Below are positions 33,355 through 42,897 of a DNA stretch of 64,000 nt, one piece after another (position 1 is the stretch's first letter; every line of letters begins with the position of its first letter). Location: assembly GCF_009914755.1 (NCBI RefSeq), contig NC_060927.1; one strand, given 5' to 3'. A program made the position numbers and the translations under genes. This DNA comes from the human T2T-CHM13v2.0 reference genome, Homo sapiens. The notes beneath the pieces were generated by a model. That model worked only from the letters and a program-made list of their open reading frames with translations, searched no databases and was not told the origin of the DNA.

Positions 33355-34582
33355 TCACCTAAAAGAATAAATCCTAGCTTTAGAAAACGCTTTTCTTTCA
33401 ATCAGTATATTGAAAATTCACAAAGCATCTGGACCTCTGTAGTTGATAAGTATGTACAGAGTGTTTGTAACATCAAAAACATTGTATGCTATCAGAGAGA
33501 AAAATAGATAAATGAAGAGCCATGTTTGAAGATAAGATGAAGAACTTAAAAGATGTCTTAGAGTTTCCAAAATTTTGACATAGTTAACTCAATGTAAATT
33601 ATCAGTACATGAGATTATATTAATTAGTGTGGAAATAACACTTTATATTACTATGTCCAAACATGTTCTTAGTGTAACTGGGCAAAAACTCTGGCAGAAA
33701 TCTATAATTACACGTAAATACTATGACTTGTTTTCCTAAGGCCAAACTACATGCAATGGGCTGAGTTGAGAAAGAAACCCAGGTCTTCTAATTTACATAG
33801 TTTATCAGAGGCTGATTAGCTCTAGTGGAGAATGTACATTTAACTTAAGCATGAACCAGCAATGAGGACAATCAGGTTAAATGATTCCAGTTTAATCTTT
33901 CATTCCAATAAGACACAACTTAAAATTTAATGTTTTCCTTATAACCAATGACCTGAGTGGGAGCTCAGGAAGGCTTTGAAAATGGTTAATAGAGGAGGTA
34001 ACTTCAGGAAATTAGAGAAATACAGTCTTACATTGGGTTGCAAAAGGTTAGGCTTATAAAATAGAGCAGGAAAAAATATAGACTGCATCTAAAATCAAAT
34101 CTGTAATGAATTAGGATGAAGCTCAGAAGCATTTGTATAACTAACTGCTACTCTCCAGATTTCTGTCTGCAGGGGCCCATAAGCATCTTTCTCATTGCGG
34201 AAATCTATCATTTTTATTGTAAATTTTTTGGTTAGAAAATGCATGCAAAGAACATTTTAGTATCATTGTAGCTATGAAATAAAATTAAAATATAGTTAAA
34301 TATAAAACTTATTCCAGTTATGGAAATGCAATGACCTTAATTTTTTAAATGGTTTTGTTTTTCACTGTTGATATGTTCAGTGAAAATCAATCACACATGG
34401 AACAAATACCACAAGTCTTGTAGACCGACTCAACAAAAATATCAGTTATTAAATAAACTGTGATTTAGCCACCAAAGTCTCAGCAGAAGCTGTTTATAAT
34501 TAATCGTTCCTGTCCTTATGTAGATGCAATGAAACATTTGCAGTAATGTTGCCTGCAATTCTTTTATTAAAGAACAACTCCA

Positions 34583-34897
<315 letters not shown>

Positions 34898-35762
34898 TCA
34901 CAGTTTAACATCTTTTGTGTGAATTTGAATTCTTGTGATCAAATATTATTGTGTCTTATAAAGTAAAATATTTCTGTTATTTTTATATTTATAATATTTC
35001 CTATTATAATAATCTATGTGTGATTAAAATAGCTAAAAGTAAAAATTTTTTGTGGAAACTAAGAATTTAAACATAACTAATATGTATTAAAAACAATTAC
35101 CTTTTCTTCTCAAGTACAAAACTTTATTAAAATAGGAAAATCATACAGGTAGTGACAGAAGAAAATGCCACATAAAAAGTTAACAATGTGCATTTTTGTG
35201 TTACAATTATGATTGCTTATTTTTCTTCTTAATTTCTTAATTTATTTCAGATTGTGTGTTAGTTTTTTAAATGACATTTTATTATTTAATTCTAGAAATT
35301 AGAGATTGTAAATAATTTTTTTAGATTTTATTGTTTCAAAAAAGTAGACAAGGAGTCATACATTTTCTGGGAAAATAACAATTTAGAAAAATGTTGACAA
35401 TCTATCTAATCCTAGGGGAATCTTTGCAAGTGATTGTTGTTTTGAGAGTGGCTCTTTACTGATATTCACCTAAAATAAAATACTTTGAAACAGTATCTCC
35501 ATCCAAGAAAAAAGCTTACAAAAATAAACAGTTGAGTTATCTTGGAAACAAGAAACACTTTTAAAAAGATAATTACATTTTATAATAAATTACTTTAATA
35601 ATCCAAATGGAATCATCCTCCTTAAAAATGTTTTGTTAGTAGTAATTATTAAAATCATAAATCATTTTGTAAAATTTGTACTTTTGGTACAAAATGAGAA
35701 AGTATTTAAAAATTTATTTCAAAAAATTTAGCAATAGTTTGTTAAATTCAGATAGTATATTT

Positions 35763-36193
35763 TTTCATGCGCGTCCGTGTGAAGAGACCACCAAACAGGC
35801 TTTGTGTGAGCAATAAAGCTGTTTATTTCACCTGGGTGCAGGTGGGCTGAGTCTGAAAAGAGAGTCAGCAAAGGGTGGTGGATCATCATTAGTTCTTATA
35901 GGTTTTAGGATAGGTGGTGAAGTTAAGAGCAATGTTTTGCAGGCAGGGGTGGATCTCACAAAGTACATTCTCAAGGGTGGGGAGAATTACAAAGTACCTT
36001 CTTAAGGGTGGGGGAGATTACAAAGTACATTGATCAGTTAGGGTGGGGCAGGAACAAATCACAGTGGTGGAATGTCATCAGTTAAGGCTATTTTTACTTC
36101 TTTTGTGGATCTTCAGTTACTTCAGACCATCTGGATGTATACATGCAAGTCACAGGAGATGCGATGGCTTGGCTTGGGCTCAGAGGCCTGACA
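35763..36193 (-). repeat. HERV-H 3' LTR (LTR7 type, 431 bp)
   Basis: Direct repeat of 42481-42897; minus-strand AATAAA at 35822-35827; three tactttgt-containing U3 repeat units. Confidence 0.97.
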
Positions 36194-36206
36194 TTCCTGC
36201 CTTCTT
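36194..36206 (-). other. Polypurine tract
   Basis: AAGAAGGCAGGAA on the minus strand directly abutting the 3' LTR. Confidence 0.9.
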
Positions 36207-36417
36207 ATATTAATAAGAAAAATAAAACAAAATAGTGTTGAAGTGTTGGGGCGGCGAAAATTTTGGGGGGTGGTATGGAGAGAGAATGGGCGATGTTTCT
36301 CAGGGCTGCTTCAAGCGGGATTAGGGGCGGTGTGGGAACCTAGAGTGGGAGAGATTAAGCTGAAGGGAGATCTTGTGGTAAGGGGTGATATTGTGGGGTT
36401 GTTAGAAGAAACATTTG

Positions 36418-38109
36418 TCATATAGAATGATCGGTGATGGCCTGGATATGGTTTTGGATGAATTGAGAAACTAAATGGAAGATACAAGGTCTGAAAAAAA
36501 GAAGGAGAAAAATGGGTATTAAAGGACTAAGAATTGGAAGGACCCAGGACATCCAATTAGAGAGTGGCCAAGGGGGTTCAGCATAATTACTTGCTTGGTT
36601 GGCAAGATTTTGGGCTTTATCCTTGAGTTTTTTTATGTTGTCATACACCAGGCCAGATTGATTTAGGTAAAAATAAGACTCTTCATTTAAGAATATACAG
36701 AGTCCTCCTTTTTCAGCAGTGAGTAAGTCAAGGCCTTGGCGGTTTTGGAGGACAACTGCAGCTGAAGAGTCAACTTGGGCCTGGAGGCCTGATAAAGTTT
36801 GTGATATGTCTGTAATGCTAGCAGAGAAGTCATTAGACAGGATACGGAAGGTCGTGACAGAGGTTGAAATGCCTGCTATTCCAGTACCGAGAGCAACAGT
36901 GGAGGCAGAAAGTCCTAAACCAACCATCAAGGGAATTAGTGGAATAACTCTTTTTTGTCGTGTCGGTGTCATGAGGGGAACAGGGAGCTCTTCAGTCCCA
37001 TTTGCAAATTGAATTTTGGAGGTAAGGAAAACTAGTGTGCATGTGCCTGTCCAATTAGCAGGTAGACACATGTAGGTAGAGGATCCACAGAGGAAGAAGA
37101 GACTTTGTACTAGGCAAAACTGGAGATGTAAAGTAAAAAGGTGAGAAGGAGTGCTGAAAGGGGTGTCTTGTACCCAGACTCTTAGGGATCCACCTAGGGG
37201 GGCAGCAGTCAGAGGTTGTAATGGGGACTGATGGGGTAACTGCGTAGAGGGGGAGGTTCGATTTTCATGGTATATGAGAAAACGTTGAGCATCTACGAGC
37301 AAACTTTCACTGTTATTTTTGGGGCTGGGTATAAGTAAACAAGAAGAGGGTCTGGGAGGAGAGTCTGATGAGCAAGGGGAAAATAGCCAAGGATGGAGTG
37401 AAATACAGGACAAGTGTCTTCCTAAGCAATAATTACTGCTAACGTTTTTAAGTTTGTCAGTATTGATAGAGGGCTTGTCTGTAATATGGAGCTGGAAGGC
37501 TCCATTTGTTTCAGTGATGTGTGTAGTTGGGCTTCGGAGATGAAGAGTAAAGGAACATCGAGAAGGTGAAAGATTACCTAGGGGAATTCCAGTGGGTCTT
37601 TGCCGAGAGATACATAAAGGAGCGGCCACAGGAATAGTAGTTTGTGTTGTGAGCGGTCCAAATGTGGGGGGAGTAGAGTTAATATAAGGAGAAAGGTTTT
37701 TTAAATAAGTGCAGAGGAGGGCGGCAGCTTGCTGATGTGAAATGTCTGGGGAAGTCTTGCTGGACCTGTCTAGAAAGTAAATGAGTTTTTCAGGAGGGTA
37801 AAGGTGAGGGCTGTTAAAGGAAGTTCGGAGGTGTGGGGAGACAGGAGATGTTGCCCAGTCTGTCTGTAAGGCAGGGACAGCTGGGTAGGCACTGGAAGGA
37901 AGGGAAATGCAAAGCCAGCAGTTTTTCACTAAGGAGGGATTAGAAACGGCTAGGAGAGAATGGGTAAGGTTGATAGTGTGGTGGAGATAGCTGGGGAGAG
38001 GTAAAGGGTGGCATAAGATTGGGAATGAGAATAAGAGTGAGTATAAAAGTAAAGAATAGAACTTCATCAGGGTGGAAGTATTGGAGGATGCCCTGCCAGC
38101 AAAGATCAT
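36418..38109 (-). CDS. env: HERV-H envelope glycoprotein ORF, 563 aa (probably envH2 / HERV-H env60)
   Basis: Signal-like MKFYSLLLYSLLFSFPILC, CWLC (aa64-67), RQKR (aa384-387), fusion peptide VIPLIPLMVGLGL, ISD LQNRQGLDLLTAEKGGL (aa454-470), TM WVLPILSPLIPIFLLLFF. The locus identity rests on recalled length only; expression is not shown by the sequence. Confidence 0.95.
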   Translation of the reverse strand: MIFAGRASSNTSTLMKFYSLLLYSLLFSFPILCHPLPLPSYLHHTINLTHSLLAVSNPSLVKNCWLCISLPSSAYPAVPALQTDWATSPVSPHLRTSFNSPHLYPPEKLIYFLDRSSKTSPDISHQQAAALLCTYLKNLSPYINSTPPTFGPLTTQTTIPVAAPLCISRQRPTGIPLGNLSPSRCSFTLHLRSPTTHITETNGAFQLHITDKPSINTDKLKNVSSNYCLGRHLSCISLHPWLFSPCSSDSPPRPSSCLLIPSPKNNSESLLVDAQRFLIYHENRTSPSTQLPHQSPLQPLTAAPLGGSLRVWVQDTPFSTPSHLFTLHLQFCLVQSLFFLCGSSTYMCLPANWTGTCTLVFLTSKIQFANGTEELPVPLMTPTRQKRVIPLIPLMVGLGLSASTVALGTGIAGISTSVTTFRILSNDFSASITDISQTLSGLQAQVDSSAAVVLQNRQGLDLLTAEKGGLCIFLNEESYFYLNQSGLVYDNIKKLKDKAQNLANQASNYAEPPWPLSNWMSWVLPILSPLIPIFLLLFFRPCIFHLVSQFIQNHIQAITDHSI

Positions 38110-40549
38110 CTATCCACTCTAAGAAGGAGTTAAGAGTGGCAGTTTCGGGATAGCACCAAGAGATATCAGCTGTGATGGCTTGAAGAAACAGTGTAAACTG
38201 GCGGTGTAAACAAGAGTAGGGCATTTATAAGTAGTTGATAATGGAGAATAGGAGTATGACCAGACAGAAGATAGTAGGGATGACTCGTTTTTGGGGGCAC
38301 AGTCTAAGTTAGTCTGCTCTCTGGAATGAGACTGGGGCCTAATAAAAAGGAGCATCTATACAGGAGCTCAAATGGGCTGTACCCTGTAGCATTCTGAGGA
38401 CAGGTCTGACTTCTGAGAAAGGAAAGTGGTAAAAGTATTGTCTAGTCCTTTTTAAGTTGGTGGCTGAGCTTGGTGAGGTGTGTTTTTAAAAGACCGTTAG
38501 TCTGTTCTACTTTTCCTGAAGACTGAGGACTGTAAGGGATATAAAGGTTTCACTAAATATTAAGAGCCTGAAAAACTGCTTGGCTGATTTGACTAATAAA
38601 GGCTGGTCAGTTATCAGACTGTATAGAGGTGGGAAGGCTAAACTGAGGGATTATGTCTGACAGAAGGGAAGAAATGACTGTGGTGGCCTTCTCAGACCCT
38701 GTAGGAAAGGCCTCTACCTATCCAGTGAAAGTGTCTACCTAGACTAAGAGGTATTTTAGTTATCTGACTCGGGGCATGTTGAGTAAAGCTAATTTGCCAG
38801 TCCTGGGTGGGGGCAAATTCTTGAGCTTGATGTGTAGGGAAGGGAGGGGGGCCTGAATAATCCTTGAGGAGTAGTAGAATAGCAGATGGAACACTGAGAA
38901 GTTATTTCCTTGAGGATAGATTTCCACGATGGAAAGGAAATGAGAGGTTTTAAGAGGCGGGCTAGTGATCTGTACTATAGCATAGCCTGCCTTTGCTGGT
39001 GTGTGGTGATTAGGCCTGGTGGAACCGCCATTAATAAATCAAGCATGATCAGGGTGAGGAACAGGAAAGAAGGAAATATGGGGAAATGAGGTGAATGTCA
39101 GGTGGATCAGAGAGATACAGTCATGAGGGTCAGGTGTGGTTTCCAGAATAATGTGGGAGACCGGATTGAAGTCCCGGTCAGGAACAATGGTAATTGTGGG
39201 ACTTAACAAAGAGTGAGTACAGCTGAAGGAGCCGGGGAGCAGAAAGTATATGCATCAGGTATGAGGAAGAAAATAGATTTTGGAAGTTATGAGAAATGTA
39301 GAGAGTAAGTTGAGCATAGTTTGTGATTTTGAGGGCCTCTAAAAGTATTAGGGTGGCAGCAGCCGCTGCAGGGAGACATGATGGCTAGGCTAAAACAGTA
39401 AGGTCAAGTTGTTTGGACAGAAAGGCTATAGGGTGTGGTCCTGGCTCTTTTGTAAGAATTCTGACTGCACTATGCCTAGGAAGGGAAGGAGTTGTTGTTT
39501 TGTAAGGGATTGAGGTTTGGGAGATTAATCGGACACAATCAGCAGGGAAAGCACATGTGTTTTTATGAGAATTGTGCCGAGATAGGTAACAGATGAGGAT
39601 GAAATTTGAGCTTGACTGAAGTAATGGGGGCTGTCTATGAAGACTTGCGGCAGTACAGCCCAGGTAATTTGCTGAACCTAATGGGTGTCAGGGTCAGTCT
39701 AAGTGAAAGCAAAGAGAGTCTGGGATGAGGCGTGCAGGGGAATAGTAAAAAAAGCATCTTTAAGATCGAGAACGGAATAGTGAGTTGTGGAGGAAGGTAT
39801 TGAGGACAGAAGAGTGTACGGGTTGGGCACTACAGGGTGGATAGGCAAAACAATTTGGTTGATAAGGCGCAGATCCTGAACTAATCTGTAAGACTTGTCC
39901 GGTTTTTGGACAGGTAAAATGGGGAAATTGTAAGGAGAGTTTATAGGTTTTAGAAGCCCATGCTGTAGCAGGCGGGTGGTAACAGGCTTTAATCCTTTTA
40001 AAGCATGCTGTGGGATGGGATATTGGTGTTGAGCCGGGTAAGAGTGATTAGGTTTTAATGAGATGGTAATGGACATGTGATGGTAATGGGCATGTCATCG
40101 GTTGCAAGGGAAGGAGTAGAGATGTCCCATACTTGTGGGTTAAGGTGGGGGGATATGAGAGGAAGATGCGAAGGAGGCTTTGGGTTGGGAAGAAGTGCGG
40201 CAATGAGATGCGGCTGTAGTCCAGGAATAGTCAGGGAAGCAGATGATTTGGTTAAAATATTTTGGCCTAATAAGTGAACTGGGCAGGTGGGGATAACTAA
40301 AAAAGAGTGCATTAAAGAGTGTTGTCCAAGTTGGCACAAGAGTGGGGGAGTTTTCAGGGGTTTAGAAGCCTGGCCGTCAATACCCACAACAGTTATGGGG
40401 GCAAGGGAAACAGGCCCTTGAAAAGAAGGTAATGTGGAGTGGGTAGCCTCTGTATTGACTAAGGGGATGGACTTACCTTCCACTGTGAGAGTTACCCGAA
40501 ACTCGGCGTCCTTGATGGTCTACGGGGGTTCCGAGGTGATCGAGCAGCA
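38110..40549 (-). pseudogene. pol: Defective HERV-H pro-pol
   Basis: Protease DTG site reads NTE; RT motifs YRLVQDLR and VLDLKDAFF are followed by TAG stops; LPQVF is joined directly to QISSSSVTYLG (YxDD segment absent); integrase WQIDFT reads WQISFT; frameshifts. Confidence 0.92.
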
Positions 40550-41700
40550 TCAGTCTTCAGCCGCTAAACCGAGAAGGAGTCCGTCAGAGAGCCTTGGGCC
40601 AGAGTTCCAGAGGCTCTGGGAGTAGCTTCCAGGTGAGTTGAACAGTCTGATTTCCAGTGGGGTCCCGCAAAGATGCAACATGGCTTAGGAGGAATCCTGG
40701 GCTGTAGGCATTCCTTGGCCTGGTGGTCAGATTTCTGGCACTTGTAGCAAGCTCCTGGGGGAGGAGGTTCTGGAGGAATGCCTGGCTGCTGCGGTTCAGG
40801 TGTTTGGAAGTTCTTGTGTGCTGGAGGTGTGGCTGGGGTTTGTCTCACAGTGGAGGCAAGTAATTGCAACTTTTTTCTATTATTGTACACCTTGAAGGCG
40901 AGGTTAATTGAATCCTGTTGTGGGGTTTGAGGGCCGGAATTTAATTTTTGGAGTTTTATTTAATGTCAGGAGCAGATTGGGTAATAAAATGTATTTTGAG
41001 AATAAGACGGCCTTTTGACCTTTTAGGGTCTAGGGCTGTAAAGCGTCTCAGGGTTGCTGCCAAACGAGCCATGAACTGGGCTGGGTTTTTATATTTGATG
41101 AAAAAGAGCCTAAATGCTATCTGATTTGGGATAAAGAAAAAGGAGCATTAACCTTGATTATGCCTTTAGCTCCAGCCACCTTTTTAAGAGTAAATTGCTG
41201 GGCAGGTGGGGGAGGGCCAGTCATGGTATGAAACTGTAAGTGGGACCAGGTGTGAGGAGGGGAGGTGATAAAAGGATTATAGGGTGGAGGAGCAGAGGCT
41301 GAGGAAGAATTGGGACTTAGCTCAGCCTGGCGAGGAGGGGAGAGGTCAGATGGTTCTGTAGAAAAGGAAGATTAGAAAGACTCAGTAATGCTTCGGGTTG
41401 GGACTGAGGGGACTGGCAGGAGGGAAAGAAGGAAGAAGATTTGGGACGAGTTGCACTGGACACAGAGACTAGGGAGGGACCGATGTGTAAAAGAATGCTG
41501 GGAAGTCAGGCACCTCAGACCTTTTGCCCATTTTACGACAAGAATTATTTAGATCTTGCAGGATGGAAAAATTGAAAGTGCCATTTTCTGGCTATTTGGA
41601 ACTACTGTTGAGTTTGTATTGGGGTCAACTGGCATTGCAGAAGAAAACAAGATGCTTAGATTTTAGGTCAGGTGAGAGTTGAAGAGGTTTTAAGTTCTTA
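40550..41700 (-). pseudogene. gag: Defective HERV-H gag (5' boundary approximate)
   Basis: Zinc knuckle CYKCQKSDHQAKEC (~40708-40749), degenerate second knuckle CCIFAGPHWKSDC; no long ORF upstream. Confidence 0.85.
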
Positions 41701-41769
41701 AGAACACAGGCTAAGGGAGAAGGAGGAGGAATGGAGGGTGGAAGGTTGCCCACAGTGAAGGAGGCAAGC

Positions 41770-42045
41770 CCAGAGAAAAGAGAGAGTAGAGACATGGAGG
41801 GAAGGGGTTTGGGGGTTCTTACCCTCCAGAAAAGCAGGAAAGGGGTCGGGGCACGGAAATAAGGGATTGGGGGTTCTTGCCCCCTAGAAAAGTGGGACTT
41901 GCCGCTAAGGGTGAAGGAGAAGGGGTTGAGGGGTACTTGCCCCTCCCCCAGGAAAGCAGAGAAGAGGTAGAGACATGGAGAGAAGGAGTTGGGGTACTTG
42001 CCCTTCCCCCAGAAAAGCGGGACTTGCCGCTAAGGGTGAAGGACC
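41770..42045 (-). repeat. Imperfect direct repeats in the HERV-H leader
   Basis: gaaaag(t/c)gggacttgccgctaagggtgaagga, gtagagacatggag and ggggtacttgcccct each occur twice. Confidence 0.8.
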
Positions 42046-42327
42046 AAGGCAGGCGTCCCTGTGTGGTCTGACACCTTTGAAACCTGGGTGAATAATCAGA
42101 GAGGCATCCTTGCAATGATTAAACACCAAGGGAAGGCTGCCTTCCCAGTCCGTGACTGGCGTCGGAGTTTTGGGTCCACGGATAAAACATGTCTCCTTTG
42201 TCTCTACCAGAAAATGAAAGGAATTGAAATTAAGAGAAGGGAGAGATTGAAGTGTGGTGCCAAGATTGAAAGGAGAAAGAGGTTGAGGGATAGTGAGGGA
42301 AGTTGGAGAAGAGAGTAAAAAGAGGCC

Positions 42328-42336
42328 GCTTACCGG
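42328..42336 (-). promoter_or_regulatory. Candidate major splice donor of HERV-H
   Basis: CCG|GTAAGC on the minus strand, ~130 nt downstream of the PBS. Confidence 0.75.
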
Positions 42337-42460
42337 ATTTGAAATTGGTGAGATGTTTCTTGGGCTGGTCAGTCTGAGGACCTGAGGTCATAGGTGGATC
42401 TTTTCTCATGGAGCAAAGAGCAGGAGGACAGGGGATTTATCTCCCAAGGGAGGTCCCCCG

Positions 42461-42478
42461 ATCCGAGTCACGGCACCA
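42461..42478 (-). other. Primer-binding site, tRNA-His
   Basis: TGGTGCCGTGACTCGGAT, an 18-nt complement of the tRNA-His 3' end, 2 nt inside the 5' LTR boundary. Confidence 0.97.
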
Positions 42479-42480
42479 AA

Positions 42481-42897
42481 TTTCATGTGTGTCCATGTAA
42501 AGAGACCACCAAACAGGCTTTGTGTGAGCAATAAAACTGTTTATTTCACCTGGGTGCAGGTGGGCTGAGTCCGAAAAGAGAGTCAGCAAAGGGTGGTGGA
42601 TTATCATTAGTTCTTATAGGTTTTGGGATAGGTGGTGAAGTTAAGAGCAATGTTTTGAGGGCAGGGGTGGATCTCACAAAGTACATTCTCAAGGGTGGGG
42701 AGAATTAGAGTACCTTCTTAAGGGTGGGGGAGATTGATCAGTTAGGGTGGGGCACGAACAGATCACAATGGTGGAATGTCATCAGTTAAGGCTGTTTTTA
42801 CTTCTTTTGTGGATCTTCAGTTACTTCAGGCCATCTGGATGTATACATGCAAGTCACAGGGGATGCAATGGCTTGGCTTGGGCTCAGAGGCCTGACA
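42481..42897 (-). promoter_or_regulatory. HERV-H 5' LTR (LTR7 type, 417 bp)
   Basis: Adjacent to the PBS; TATA-like CCTATAAGAAC at ~42610-42620; three GGGTGGGG (KLF/SP-type) boxes. Confidence 0.97.

Larger units (their letters stand above)
35763..42897 (-). mobile_element. HERV-H provirus (7,135 bp; pol internally deleted, env retained)
   Basis: Two ~420-430 bp direct-repeat LTRs (minus strand tgtcaggcc...catgaaa), 5-bp TSD TATTT at 35758-35762 and 42898-42902, tRNA-His PBS, PPT, gag-pro-pol-env order. Confidence 0.98.

Noticed and set aside
36719-37012. 97-aa antisense ORF within env
   Set aside because: Short, non-ATG start and no motif; expected by chance opposite an open frame
39699-40890. 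RT, protease and NC ORF fragments as functional retroviral enzymes
   Set aside because: Catalytic residues are mutated or deleted, with in-frame stops and frameshifts
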